64,000 nucleotides of DNA from Acidimicrobiia bacterium (GCA_965203555.1 CBDBCY010000004.1:2176001-2240000), one strand, 5' to 3'. Numbered from the stretch's first letter, positions 37,995 through 48,521 are shown. Program-made: numbers and translations. Notes: generated from the sequence alone by a model not told the origin.

Positions 37995-40030
37995 CAGGAG
38001 TGATCTCCGTAAGACGAATACCCGGCGCCTGACGGCTCGCCGGCGTGATCGTCGTCATGCTCGTCGTGTGGTTCTTCCAATGGTTCCATGCTCCAACCAA
38101 AGGCTGACGCAGCAACCACCAGCACCCCGACCAGGATCAGGAGTTTCCCCACCAAAGAGGTGTGGTAGATGATTCCCCATCCCACCAGGGGTATCCCCGC
38201 CGCCAGCATTATCGGGTAGTAAGAGGGAGCGGGAAGATGGATGGGGTGGGGCGGGTTGACCCCGGTTTCCACCAGGTCGGCCAGTGTCTCCTCCGCCTCC
38301 GGTCTTCGGACCGGCCTCCCCTCGGAATCTGCACTGTACTTTCGGTGCCAGAAGTCGTCCAAAGAGGTGATCGTGGGCGACACTCCGAAGTTGTACTCGG
38401 GTGTTGGATTGGGAGTTGTCCACTCGACGGTGCGGGCATCCCAAGGGTCGATTCCCGACGGCTCGCCGTGCTTTTTGGAACGCCACCAGTTGTACATGAA
38501 AACGAGCACACCGGCGCTGATGATGAAGGCTCCCACCGTGGCCACCAGGTTCCAGAAGTCGAATCCGGCCTCGGGCGGGTAGTAGGCGGTGCGGCGCACC
38601 ATGCCCTGCAAACCCAGCCAGTGCATGGGAGCGAAAGTCAGGTTGAAGCCGGCGAACAATGTCCAAAAGTTGATTTTCCCCAGCCGTTCGCTGAGCATTC
38701 GTCCCGTGATCTTGGGAAACCAGTAGTAAAGACCGGAGAAGATACCGAACACCGCCCCTCCAAACAGCACATAGTGGAAGTGAGCGACGATGTAATAAGT
38801 ATCGGTCTGCTGCCAGTCGGAGGGAACGACGGCATGGGTCACGCCTGATAGGCCTCCAATGACGAACATCGCCACGAACCCGATGGCAAAGAGCATGGAG
38901 GTGGTGAAATGTAATCGACCCCCCCACATGGTCCCCATCCAGTTGAAGATCTTCACGCCGGTGGGAACTGCGATCGTCATGGTGGAGAGGGCAAAGGCAG
39001 CCTGCGCCACCGGGCTGATGCCTGACGAGAACATGTGATGGGCCCAGACGCCGAATCCCATGAAGGCGATGGCTGCCCCGGCGATCACCACTGCTGCATA
39101 GCCGAAGAGGGGCTTGCGGCTGAATACCGGCAGGACCTCGGAGACGATCCCCATGGCCGGGAGGATCAGGATGTAGACCTCGGGATGGCCGAAGAGCCAA
39201 AAGAGATGCTGCCACAGGATGGGATCGCCGCCGGCCTCCGCCACGAAGAACAGACTTCCGAACTGGCGGTCGAAGGTAACCATGAACAGAGCGATGGCGA
39301 TGATGGGAAGCGAGAAGAGCAGGAGAAGGGCCACCACCAGGCTCATCCACACGAACACCGGCATCCGCAGAAGCCGCATGCCCAGCGCTCGCATGTTGAA
39401 TATGGTGACGATGAAATTGACCGACGAGATGAGAGACGCCAACCCCAGGAACTGGACGCCCAGCGCCCAGAAGTCCATGGCCGTGCCAGGGGAGTAGAAC
39501 GGCCCGGCGTTGGGCTGGTACCCGAACCATCCTCCATCCGGCATTCCGCCGAGGATGGTGTTGTCGGCGGGGTCGAGGTTCCCAGGCACTCCCTCCACCC
39601 CGGCCGGCGCCGCCGGATCGCTGAATATGAGCACCGAATAGAGGAATATCCCCCCGAACAGGAAAATCCACCACGACAGGGCGTTCATCCGGGGAAAGGC
39701 CACGTCCCGGGCGCCGATCATCAATGGAAGCAGATAATTGATAAAGGCGGCCGAGATGGGCATGACGAACAGGAAAACCATGGTGGTGCCGTGCATCGTG
39801 AACGCGGCGTTGTATTCGGCGGCGGTGAGGAAGGTGCTGTCGGCGGCGGAGAGTTGGATGCGCAGCAGAAGGGCCTCGATTCCTCCCACCAGAAAGAAGA
39901 TGAAAGCTGCGTACCCGTACATGATCCCGATCTTCTTGTGATCGGCGGTGGTGATCCATGACCAGAACCCGGTGGTGGACCGGGGCCTACGGAATATGGT
40001 CGTCGTGGGGCGCTCGGCGGTGGCGGTCAT
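37994..40030 (-). CDS. ctaD: Cytochrome c oxidase subunit I (A1 type)
   Basis: DHKKIG, HGTTM, RDVAFPRMN (D-channel), GHPEVY, WAHHM, PTGVK (K-channel), AHFHY. Confidence 0.97.
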   Translation of the reverse strand: MTATAERPTTTIFRRPRSTTGFWSWITTADHKKIGIMYGYAAFIFFLVGGIEALLLRIQLSAADSTFLTAAEYNAAFTMHGTTMVFLFVMPISAAFINYLLPLMIGARDVAFPRMNALSWWIFLFGGIFLYSVLIFSDPAAPAGVEGVPGNLDPADNTILGGMPDGGWFGYQPNAGPFYSPGTAMDFWALGVQFLGLASLISSVNFIVTIFNMRALGMRLLRMPVFVWMSLVVALLLLFSLPIIAIALFMVTFDRQFGSLFFVAEAGGDPILWQHLFWLFGHPEVYILILPAMGIVSEVLPVFSRKPLFGYAAVVIAGAAIAFMGFGVWAHHMFSSGISPVAQAAFALSTMTIAVPTGVKIFNWMGTMWGGRLHFTTSMLFAIGFVAMFVIGGLSGVTHAVVPSDWQQTDTYYIVAHFHYVLFGGAVFGIFSGLYYWFPKITGRMLSERLGKINFWTLFAGFNLTFAPMHWLGLQGMVRRTAYYPPEAGFDFWNLVATVGAFIISAGVLVFMYNWWRSKKHGEPSGIDPWDARTVEWTTPNPTPEYNFGVSPTITSLDDFWHRKYSADSEGRPVRRPEAEETLADLVETGVNPPHPIHLPAPSYYPIMLAAGIPLVGWGIIYHTSLVGKLLILVGVLVVAASAFGWSMEPLEEPHDEHDDDHAGEPSGAGYSSYGDHS

Positions 40031-40103
40031 GTGAGAGTATCCGGCACAGAGACCATGAAGGGATTCTCCTTCCGGGCGGGTCGGGCAAGGGACAAGTTTA
40101 CGG

Positions 40104-41183
40104 TCACTGCAGGGTATCCAGCCAGACGATCAGATCTTCTATCTCCTGGTGGGTCAGGTCGAGGTTGGGCATGAACGACCCGGGTTTGACCCCCGGCGGA
40201 TTGGCCAGCCATTCGCGGAGACCGTCGGATCGGGATTGCCCTTCGCGTGGCAGGATCGCCCCGGCGAACACGTTCCGGGAGGCAAAGTGAGTGAGATTCG
40301 GGCCGTTGTAAAGGTCGTCGGCCACCAGATTGGTGCCCGCAGAATCGGACCCGTAGTCGACGGTGTGGCACTGGGTACAGCCTTGTTCCTGGAAGACCTT
40401 CAAACCGGCCGCGGCCGGAGTATCGGGTTCGGGCGGCACGGCAAGTTGTTGCTGAGCGGCGGCCCAGGCATCGAAGTCGGCCTGCGTCATCGAGACCACC
40501 CTGGCCCGCATCAACGAATGGGAGAGTCCGCAGAACTCGGCGCAATGTCCCCAATATTCGGCCGGCTCATCCGCCTTCAACTTGAGGGTGGTTTCCTGGC
40601 CGGGAACCAGGTAGCGCTTGCCCATCAGATGAGGGACCCAGTAGTTGTGAAGAACGTCCGCCGAAGTCATGTAGGCGCAGACTTCCCGGTCGACGGGAAT
40701 CGCCAGGACGCTCCCCGTCTCGATTCCCAGGTCGGGGTACCGGTACTCGAACCACCACTGGTGTCCGATGATTTCCACCGGCATAGCGTCGTCGTCACAT
40801 TCGGTCAACTCGAACACACCCTGCACCGTGGGGATGGCGATCACCGTCAGGATAAGGGCGGGAATGATGGTCCAAGTTATCTCCAGCTTGTTGTTCCCGT
40901 GGATCTGACGTGGCTCCTTGCGGCCTTTCCGATCCCGGAAGAGCAGGACGATGAGCAGTATTCCCCCCTCGACCACCACGAAGATCACCACCGCAATCCA
41001 GAACACCTGCCAGAAGATTGCGTCGATCCTCTCGGCGAAGGGCCCGGCCGGTTCGAAGGTGGTGAGGGGAGCGTCTTCGATCTCCACCAGGCTGCAGGCA
41101 GCCAGGCTGAAGATGGTTAACGAAAGAACCGTCCCCCACTTGACGAATGGTCGTGTAAGCCGCCTCACCTGCCGCCAGATCAT
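40104..41183 (-). CDS. ctaC: Cytochrome c oxidase subunit II with fused cytochrome c (caa3)
   Basis: Lipobox LAAC, HQWWFEY, CuA motifs DVLHNY and CAEFCGLSHSLM, C-terminal CTQCH...KPGSFMP. Confidence 0.95.
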   Translation of the reverse strand: MIWRQVRRLTRPFVKWGTVLSLTIFSLAACSLVEIEDAPLTTFEPAGPFAERIDAIFWQVFWIAVVIFVVVEGGILLIVLLFRDRKGRKEPRQIHGNNKLEITWTIIPALILTVIAIPTVQGVFELTECDDDAMPVEIIGHQWWFEYRYPDLGIETGSVLAIPVDREVCAYMTSADVLHNYWVPHLMGKRYLVPGQETTLKLKADEPAEYWGHCAEFCGLSHSLMRARVVSMTQADFDAWAAAQQQLAVPPEPDTPAAAGLKVFQEQGCTQCHTVDYGSDSAGTNLVADDLYNGPNLTHFASRNVFAGAILPREGQSRSDGLREWLANPPGVKPGSFMPNLDLTHQEIEDLIVWLDTLQ

Positions 41184-41300
41184 ATCGGTCGAATGATACG
41201 ATCCGATGCTTCCGTTCCCAATCCGGCCGGGTAGCCGAACCAAGGCTGTGAGCGCTCACCACGACCTGGGTCATCCCGGCTTGCTACGCTGAAAACGAAG

Positions 41301-42311
41301 ATGTTGAATGGCGACGCCCAGGCTTTGGTGAAGCTGGAAGATGTGGTCATGCACTATGCGGTCAGGATGGAGGGGATGGTTGGTGGTCGCCGCCAATTGA
41401 GAGCGGTGGACGGGGTTAGCTTTTCCATCTCCGAGGGCGAGGCCCTGGGACTGGTGGGGGAGTCCGGATGCGGCAAGACCACGGTGGCAAAGCTGATGAT
41501 GCGCCTACTCACGCCCACCAGCGGCCGGGTGGTGTTCATGGGACGGGATATCACCGACTTGGGAAGACGGGAGATGCGACCGCTGCGTCGCCACATGCAG
41601 ATCGTTTTCCAGGATCCCTTTGCTTCTCTCAATCCGGGCATGAAAGCCGGAGAGATCGTGGCCGAGCCCCTGGTGGTTCACGAAGGTCGACGTCCCGTGG
41701 CCGGAAGAGTCACAGAGCTGTTGGAATTGGTGGGATTGCACCCCGGGGACGCCAACAAGTATCCCCACGAGTTCTCCGGAGGGCAACGCCAGCGGATCAG
41801 TATTGCCCGTGCCCTGGCGCTTCGGCCGAAACTCTTGGTGTTGGACGAGCCCGTGTCGGCTTTGGATGTCTCCATCCAGGCCCAGATCATCAACCTCTTG
41901 ATCGAATTGAAACAGAACCTGGGTCTGGCTTATCTCTTCATCGCTCACGATCTGTCCGTGGTGCGTCATGTGTGCGAGCGGGTGGCCGTCATGTACCTGG
42001 GAAGGATCGTGGAGTGGGGTGATCGCGAGGAGGTCTTCAATCGGCCCTGTCATCCGTACACGCAGGCCCTGGTTTCGGCGGTACCGGTTCCCGAGCCGGC
42101 CTCCCGAGCGGAACGTAGCCGCATCCTTCTTACGGGAGATGTGCCAAGCCCTCTCCATCCTCCCTCCGCTTGTAGATTCCGGACCCGGTGCTGGAAAGCG
42201 CAGGAACTCTGTTCTGAAGAAACGCCCTCGCTGGAACATCGCATAAATGGAAGCGGGAAAGCGGCCTGTCACTTTCCCGAGCAGTTGGAAACAGCCGCCA
42301 CGCACCCATGA
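41301..42311 (+). CDS. Oligopeptide/dipeptide ABC transporter ATP-binding protein (OppF/DppF-like)
   Basis: GESGCGKTT, YPHEFSGGQRQR, LDEPVSALD, HPYT, C-terminal CRFRTRC...ACH. Confidence 0.93.
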   Translation: MLNGDAQALVKLEDVVMHYAVRMEGMVGGRRQLRAVDGVSFSISEGEALGLVGESGCGKTTVAKLMMRLLTPTSGRVVFMGRDITDLGRREMRPLRRHMQIVFQDPFASLNPGMKAGEIVAEPLVVHEGRRPVAGRVTELLELVGLHPGDANKYPHEFSGGQRQRISIARALALRPKLLVLDEPVSALDVSIQAQIINLLIELKQNLGLAYLFIAHDLSVVRHVCERVAVMYLGRIVEWGDREEVFNRPCHPYTQALVSAVPVPEPASRAERSRILLTGDVPSPLHPPSACRFRTRCWKAQELCSEETPSLEHRINGSGKAACHFPEQLETAATHP

Positions 42312-43237
42312 TCCGACTGATCACCGCCCATCTGGAGGTAAGGGTGGACGAAAGCAGGGGCGCCGAGATCGTCTGGCTGGGGCGACCAGGGGGTCGCAAT
42401 CGCTTGGCGTGGATCGACTCTGATTGGCCTTTACGCGCCTCGGCCGGGGCGTCCTATTACTCCTCCGACCTGGATTGGCTGTCGGAACACCGGGGTGGGT
42501 GGCAGGAGATGTTTCCCAATGCCGGCGCAGGTTGCACAGTGGATGGCATTACCCATCCTGTTCACGGCGAGGCATCCCTGGCGCCCTGGGAAGTTGTGGA
42601 CTCTTCGGGTGAAGGTCAGGTCACCCTTCGATGCCATACTCACACTCCGCTGGTTCTTGTCCGGAAAATGAGGCTTGATCCCCAATGCCCCCGGCTCGAC
42701 TTGGAGGAGGAGATTCACAACCCGTCAGGTATGGACTTTTCCTACCTGTGGGGTCACCATCCGGCATTCGAAGCGCCGCCGGGTACCCGGCTGTCGATGC
42801 AGGGACCCCGCTTGGAAGTTCCAGGGTTGGGCGTGCCCGAGGACGACCTGTCCCCGGGAGGCCCGTTTTCGTGGCCTTGGGCGCAGGGTAGAGAGGGTGA
42901 GCCGATCGATTTGAGCGAGATGCCACCCCAGGCTGTTGAGCGTTTGGCCTATCTCACCCATGTTCCCGAGGCGGCATGCCACATCCTGCGACCTGATACG
43001 GCAGATCGGTTGACCTTCGAATGGTCGGCGGACGCCTTCCCGTATGCCTGGTTGTGGATAAACCGGCATGCTTCGCGTTTTCCCTGGTTCGGCCGACTCA
43101 GTTCGATGGCGGTGGAGCCGGTGAACGCCTGGCCGGCCAATGGGCTGGCTGCCGCCATGGAACGGGGACAGGCGCCGGTGCTGCGGAGAGGGGAGACGCG
43201 CCAAGGCTGGTTGAAGGTGTCGATCAGCGATCTTTAG
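42308..43237 (+). CDS. Galactose mutarotase/aldose epimerase-like protein
   Basis: GGWQEMFPN, HGEAS..PW, WGHHPAF, FPYAWLW, AVEP. Confidence 0.75.
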   Translation: MIRLITAHLEVRVDESRGAEIVWLGRPGGRNRLAWIDSDWPLRASAGASYYSSDLDWLSEHRGGWQEMFPNAGAGCTVDGITHPVHGEASLAPWEVVDSSGEGQVTLRCHTHTPLVLVRKMRLDPQCPRLDLEEEIHNPSGMDFSYLWGHHPAFEAPPGTRLSMQGPRLEVPGLGVPEDDLSPGGPFSWPWAQGREGEPIDLSEMPPQAVERLAYLTHVPEAACHILRPDTADRLTFEWSADAFPYAWLWINRHASRFPWFGRLSSMAVEPVNAWPANGLAAAMERGQAPVLRRGETRQGWLKVSISDL

Positions 43238-43254
43238 AGCAAGGAGGACATGAT

Positions 43255-44079
43255 ATGGCAAGTCAGGTGGACGTGTACAGCGCAGGACTCGACCATCCCG
43301 AGTGCGTGGCTATCGATCCGGACGGCCGGGTCTGGGCGGGCGGAGAAGCGGGCCAGGTGTATGTGATCGATCCCGAGTCGCGCCAACCAGAAGTGATCTG
43401 CCAGTTGAAGGCTATGGCTGCCGGCCTGGCGTTCGACCGCCATGGCTATTGCTACGTCTGCAGCCAGGACAACACCATCGTCAGGGTTTCCGCCTCCGGA
43501 GAGTGGGAGGTGTTCTGTGACTCGGTGGAGGGTCGTCCCCTGAGAGGACCCAATTTCCCGGCGTTCGGCCCCGACGGGAGCCTCTACGTATCGGGCTCCG
43601 GGGACTACCCGGGACCCACCGGCGAGATCTACCGCATCGATCCCACGGGGGACGCTCGTGTATTCCACTCCGGTCCCTTCTACTACGCCAACGGTTTGGC
43701 CATCGATCAGGACGCCAAGTACCTGTACGTGGCCCAGACCGCCACCGACGATGTGGTGCGGATTCCGCTCGACGGTTCGGGAGCCCCGCCGCAGCAGGTG
43801 TGTCTCCCCGGAGCGCTGCTGCCAATGCCGGACGGACTGGCCTTCGACGCCGATCAGAATCTGTACGTGACCTCCTTCGGCGCCAGTGCTCTAGAGCGCA
43901 TACGTCCCGACGGGGCAGTCGAGCTGGTCGCCCAGGACGAGCGGGGCCTGACCATGAACCGGGTGACCAATTGCGCCTTCGGAGGCCCGGACCTCGGGCT
44001 ATTGTTCCTGGCCAATCTGGGAGGATGGCACATTTCTGTGATGACCCCGGACACCCCCGGCCAACCCCTGTTCAAATAA
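43255..44079 (+). CDS. SMP-30/gluconolactonase family beta-propeller
   Basis: HPEC, PNF.AF..DG, ANGLA, PDGLAFD, TNCAFGG. AGGAGG SD upstream. Confidence 0.88.
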   Translation: MASQVDVYSAGLDHPECVAIDPDGRVWAGGEAGQVYVIDPESRQPEVICQLKAMAAGLAFDRHGYCYVCSQDNTIVRVSASGEWEVFCDSVEGRPLRGPNFPAFGPDGSLYVSGSGDYPGPTGEIYRIDPTGDARVFHSGPFYYANGLAIDQDAKYLYVAQTATDDVVRIPLDGSGAPPQQVCLPGALLPMPDGLAFDADQNLYVTSFGASALERIRPDGAVELVAQDERGLTMNRVTNCAFGGPDLGLLFLANLGGWHISVMTPDTPGQPLFK

Positions 44080-44104
44080 CCGGCACTTTCCTCCACCAAG
44101 GGGC

Positions 44105-44587
44105 TTGTGTTTGCGCAACATGCGAAACTGGCGGGCGTCCCTGATCGAAGAAGGCAATCGCGGTGTCCTCATTCACCCCCTCGGAACGATGGTGGCTATA
44201 GCGGGGACCACCTTCTTGCGGGATCCCCGCTTCCGTCACGGCTCTCCTGTGACGTTTGTCAATCACTTGGCGTTGAGGGAGTGGGCGCTGGAGTTTGCTC
44301 TATTCTCCGATCGCGTCCTGGTACCTCAAGGGCAGGGAGTGTCTTGGACCTTCCGGTCGCGGGGCCGGTCTCTTAGGGAAGGACAACCACCATTGCAAGT
44401 CTGGCCTTCCAAAAGACAAGGGGTGGTGGACAACCCTCCCCATCGCGGGATCCTTCTTACGGGTGATCCAGAGGTCGATGCTTTTTATTTGATTTCCTCT
44501 TTCTATGAATGGTTCGGGATCCCGGCGGCTGACCTTTCCGAAGCTAAAGAAGGCCGTGTCTCGGCAGAGGAAATCCTAAGGGTATAG
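44105..44587 (+). pseudogene. Hypothetical protein or gene fragment upstream of vapBC
   Basis: 160-aa ORF with protein-like composition, no clear start/SD, and lower GC. It may be a C-terminal remnant. Confidence 0.4.
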
Positions 44588-44598
44588 CGAGGAAAGTC

Positions 44599-44614
44599 TC
44601 ACGCGTGATACACT
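44599..44614 (+). promoter_or_regulatory. Palindromic operator TCACGCGTGA and -10 TACACT (leaderless vapB promoter)
   Basis: 10-bp palindrome abutting a TANNNT hexamer 7 nt before ATG 44622. Confidence 0.55.
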
Positions 44615-44621
44615 GTGGGGA

Positions 44622-44858
44622 ATGGCGGAGGTGACAACTCGCGATCTGCGAAACAGTGGAGGCGTGGTGCTCGACCGTGTCCTCGCTGGCGAGCGTCTTA
44701 CTGTAACCCGGTCCGGACGTCCCGTTGCCGAACTTCGACCTCTGCCCCGTAGAGGACCTGACCCAGCGACTTTGCTCGGTCGGTGGCGCCATTTGCCCCA
44801 TCTTGATCCGGTAGCCCTGAGAGAGCACTTAGACGAAGCAATCGATCCATCCCTGTGA
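44622..44858 (+). CDS. vapB: Phd/YefM family antitoxin
   Basis: EVTTRDLRN...VLDRV..GERLTVTRSGRPVAEL. Confidence 0.9.
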   Translation: MAEVTTRDLRNSGGVVLDRVLAGERLTVTRSGRPVAELRPLPRRGPDPATLLGRWRHLPHLDPVALREHLDEAIDPSL

Positions 44859-45280
44859 CCTCTTCCAGCCGGGGCGTGGGCATCCTCGACACAAATACGG
44901 TCATCTTGCTCCCTCGCCTCTCGAACCCGGATCTGCTTCCCAAAAGACCCACGATTACTGCCATCACGCTCGCGGAACTCTCTGTCGGGCCTCTCGTTGC
45001 CGCCACTCTCACCGAACAAGCCGATCGTCAAGCCCACCTCCAACAGGCGGAGTCCGACTTTGACGCTCTACCTTTCGACCAAGCATCGGCCAGGGCTTTC
45101 GGTCGCGTGGCGGCGGACCTCCGCGCGGCCGGTCGAAAGACCTCCGCCCGAGCCTATGATGCTTTGATTGCAGCCGTAGCCGTCGCCAACGGCCTTCCTC
45201 TGTTCACGACCAACCCCGATGACTACCGCGGGATAAGTGAACTTACCGTGGTTGCTGTGCCCCATCCCGATCAACGGTAA
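44855..45280 (+). CDS. vapC: PIN-domain toxin VapC
   Basis: ILDTNTVI, ITLAEL, YDALIAA, TTNPDD; GTGA overlap with the antitoxin. Confidence 0.92.
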   Translation: MTSSSRGVGILDTNTVILLPRLSNPDLLPKRPTITAITLAELSVGPLVAATLTEQADRQAHLQQAESDFDALPFDQASARAFGRVAADLRAAGRKTSARAYDALIAAVAVANGLPLFTTNPDDYRGISELTVVAVPHPDQR

Positions 45281-45320
45281 GTAGAGCTGTTTACTTGAAA
45301 GACCTGGAGTCACCAATCGT

Positions 45321-47747
45321 CTAACCGCGCACTCGATGTCCGCCCGGATCGAACAGGGGAGTGGGCTGAACGATAGCGCTCCTCAGATCTCCGATGATCT
45401 CGATCTCAAGCGGCGTCGAAGGACGAGACAGGTCAGCCGGTACGTAACCCAAAGCCACTGAGCGGTTGACAGTGTGGGCATAACCGCCCGAGGTCACCCA
45501 GCCGACCACTTTCCCTTGGCGCCAGATCGGCTCGTCGCCCACCACGTCGGCGTCGTCGGCATCGACCACCATGGTCACAAGTCTTCGACTCGGACTCTTG
45601 TCCCATTCCAGTTGAGCGGCCTCGCGACCTATGAAATCACCTTTGTCGAGGGCCACGAAGCGGGACAGGCCGGCTTCGGCAGGACCGTAGATGGGCCGAT
45701 ACTCCCTGGCCCAGGAGCCATATCCCTTCTCCAGGCGCAAAGAATCGAGTGCCCGCAGCCCGAAGTCGCGGATGCCGTGGGACTCACCGGCTTCCTTCAG
45801 GAGTCCGTAGAGCCCGCGAAGGTTCTCGGGGCCGACCCAAATCTCGTATCCCAGGTCCCCGGTGTAGGTGAGCCGCCCGATCAGGGCGGGAATCATCCCG
45901 ACATCCATGGCCTTGATGTCCATGAAACGGAAGGCGTCTGGTCCTACGTCGTGCTCTGTCACGGACGCCAGCACGTCCCGGGATGCCGGGCCGGCTATTG
46001 ACAAACCGACCATGGTCTGCCCCAGGGGAGTCACCCTGACCGCCCCGTTTGAGGGAAGGTTCGAGAGGAACCAACGCATGTGGTAGTCCTCGGCCGGGCC
46101 CGAGCCGAAAATCAGAAAGTGGTCCCCCAGATTGGCGAGAGTGAAGTCACCTATCAGTTTTCCCTGATGGTTCAACATGGGACTGAGAGTGATCCGGCCC
46201 GGTGGCGGGACTCGGTTGGTCAGCATCCGGTCGAGCCACGACGGGGCTTCTTCTCCTTCCACCCGGTACTTGGCGAACCCCGAGGTCTCCGTTATGCCCA
46301 CCCCGTTACGGACCGCCGCGCACTCGGCCGCCACCACCTCGAAGGCGTTGGAACGGCGGAAGGTGATCTCCTCCGTCGGCTCCTTTTCCGGGTCTTGGAA
46401 CCAGAGTGCGACTTCCAAGCCGAAGGAGGCCCCCCACACCGCATTGGATTGCGTATAAAGATCGTATAGGGGACTGGTGTGAAGCGGGCGGGCGGCGGGG
46501 AGTTCCTCGTTGGGAAAGGTGATCTTGAAACGACGGGAATAGTTCTCCCTCACCTTGGCGTTGGTGTATTCCATGGTGGCCCAGTCTCCGAACCGGGAGA
46601 CGTCCATCGCCCAGATGTCGAAGCCGGGGTCTCCTTCGGTTATCCAGTTGGCCAGCGCCAAACCAACCCCGCCCCCCTGGCAGAAACCGGCCATAACCCC
46701 AACGGCCAGCCAGAAGTTTCGAAGACCTTTCACCAGACCGATGCAGGGGTTGCCATCGGGGGAGAACACGAATGGACCGTGTACCGCGGTCCTGATGCCG
46801 GCTTCGGACAGGGCGGGGTAACGGGCCAGTCCGACTTCCAGTTCAGGGGCTATCCGATCCAACTGTGGCGGCAATAACTGCCTCCCGAATGACCAGGGCG
46901 TCTTCCGGGGCGACCACGGCCTGTGGTCCTGTTCATAGGTGCCCATCAGAATGCCGCCGGATTCCTCTCGCATATAGATCTCGCCGCCGAAGTCGACCAC
47001 GATCGGAAGTTCTGTGGCCGCGGACCTCCGGTATTCGGTCACGGCCGGGACCGGTTCGGTGACGATGTACTGATGAGCCATGGCAAGGAGGGGAAGTTCC
47101 AGCCCGACCATCCGTCCCACCTCCCGGCCCCACAGACCCCCGGCGTTCACCACGTGCTCGGTGTGGATGCTTCCCCGACTGGTACGGACGTCCCATGTGC
47201 CGTCCGGACGCTGCGAAAGGGCCTCGACCATCGTGTGACGCATCACGTTGGCCCCTCTGATCTGGGCTGCCTTGGCGTAGGCCGACGTAACCCCCGTGGG
47301 ATCGACATGACCCTCGTGCTTCCCCCACATGGCCCCCAGAAAGTGAGAAGGGTCCATGAGCGGGAATATCTCGGCCGCTTCCCGCGCCGAGATGAGTTCG
47401 GTCTCCATCCCCACGTACCTCCCCCGGGCATGCGCCATCTTCAGCCAGTCCATCCACTCCGGGGAATCAGCCAGTTGTAAACCTCCGGTCATGTGGATAC
47501 CGCAGTCCTGTCCGGACTCCCTCTCCAGTTCGGGGTACAGTTCCACGGTATATCGCTGCAGATCGGCCAGGTAGACGTTCCCGTTGATGGTGTGGATCTC
47601 TCCGGCGGCGTGCCAGGAAGATCCCGCCGCCAACTCAAGACGCTCTACCAGTGTCACATCGGTCCAGCCGGCCCTGGCCAGGTGATAGAGGACCGAGCAG
47701 CCGACCACGCCCCCGCCTATCACTACCACCCGGGCCTCAGATTTCAA
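45321..47747 (-). CDS. GcvT-family FAD-dependent oxidoreductase (dimethylglycine/sarcosine dehydrogenase-like)
   Basis: IGGGVVG, GSSWHAAG, FSPDGNP, folate-binding YTGDLGYEI, SLRLEKGY, GWVTSGGY. Confidence 0.92.
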   Translation of the reverse strand: MKSEARVVVIGGGVVGCSVLYHLARAGWTDVTLVERLELAAGSSWHAAGEIHTINGNVYLADLQRYTVELYPELERESGQDCGIHMTGGLQLADSPEWMDWLKMAHARGRYVGMETELISAREAAEIFPLMDPSHFLGAMWGKHEGHVDPTGVTSAYAKAAQIRGANVMRHTMVEALSQRPDGTWDVRTSRGSIHTEHVVNAGGLWGREVGRMVGLELPLLAMAHQYIVTEPVPAVTEYRRSAATELPIVVDFGGEIYMREESGGILMGTYEQDHRPWSPRKTPWSFGRQLLPPQLDRIAPELEVGLARYPALSEAGIRTAVHGPFVFSPDGNPCIGLVKGLRNFWLAVGVMAGFCQGGGVGLALANWITEGDPGFDIWAMDVSRFGDWATMEYTNAKVRENYSRRFKITFPNEELPAARPLHTSPLYDLYTQSNAVWGASFGLEVALWFQDPEKEPTEEITFRRSNAFEVVAAECAAVRNGVGITETSGFAKYRVEGEEAPSWLDRMLTNRVPPPGRITLSPMLNHQGKLIGDFTLANLGDHFLIFGSGPAEDYHMRWFLSNLPSNGAVRVTPLGQTMVGLSIAGPASRDVLASVTEHDVGPDAFRFMDIKAMDVGMIPALIGRLTYTGDLGYEIWVGPENLRGLYGLLKEAGESHGIRDFGLRALDSLRLEKGYGSWAREYRPIYGPAEAGLSRFVALDKGDFIGREAAQLEWDKSPSRRLVTMVVDADDADVVGDEPIWRQGKVVGWVTSGGYAHTVNRSVALGYVPADLSRPSTPLEIEIIGDLRSAIVQPTPLFDPGGHRVRG

Positions 47748-47771
47748 GTGGAAACCTCTTGCAGAAACCGG

Positions 47772-48521
47772 TTACCCTCCAAGCGGGCTACCCGGCAGAA
47801 AGTCCTTGGAGAGTTCGGGCATGCCTTTGATGAGGCCTACCCCCAGCATTATGAACCAGACGTTTCCCAGCACTATGGCCACGGCGAAAATCCAAAAGAA
47901 GATGTCAACCAGGCCTGCAAACGGACTGATGACAGTTACGAACACCAGTGATACAAAACAACACAGGACCATCAGCAGCGACACGACTATGTAGTAGTTG
48001 GACCGGATTCTGAACAAAAGGCCCACGCCAATCCCCATCAGCCCCAGCAGTACGGCATAGAAACCCATGAGGCTGATCCCGTTCTCCGTGGCCAGCACTG
48101 TTATGGCTACCAGGTTCAGGAGTTGGGATTGATCGGGACCGGCGCCGGCGCCCAGGCCATTTTCCAAAGTGTGGACAGCCGCATAGACCATTCCCCTCTC
48201 GATAACGACGATGACGGTCCCTACCGCCAGGGACATCACACCGAATCTGGTGATGGTGTCGCCGGCGCCTTCACCCTGCGCTGCTCGTCGAAGAACGAAT
48301 ATCCCATATAACTGCATTATGGACCCGAGAGCACTCAGGGTCATCGTGAAGAAACTGAGCGAGGCCCCTTCGTGCAGGACCCGGCTCCACTCGATGTAAT
48401 CAGTTGTGTCCACCCGGTCGACCAGGGCGGCACCGGGGGTCAACGCATAGGTGCCGAGGATCAGAACGGCGCTGATGATCAGAAAGAAGCCTCCGATCCT
48501 GTTCTGGGGGGTCGTTACCAC
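47772..48521 (-). CDS. Hypothetical multi-TM membrane protein
   Basis: About 6 hydrophobic helices; AGGAGG SD before the GTG start. Confidence 0.75.
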   Translation of the reverse strand: MVTTPQNRIGGFFLIISAVLILGTYALTPGAALVDRVDTTDYIEWSRVLHEGASLSFFTMTLSALGSIMQLYGIFVLRRAAQGEGAGDTITRFGVMSLAVGTVIVVIERGMVYAAVHTLENGLGAGAGPDQSQLLNLVAITVLATENGISLMGFYAVLLGLMGIGVGLLFRIRSNYYIVVSLLMVLCCFVSLVFVTVISPFAGLVDIFFWIFAVAIVLGNVWFIMLGVGLIKGMPELSKDFLPGSPLGG

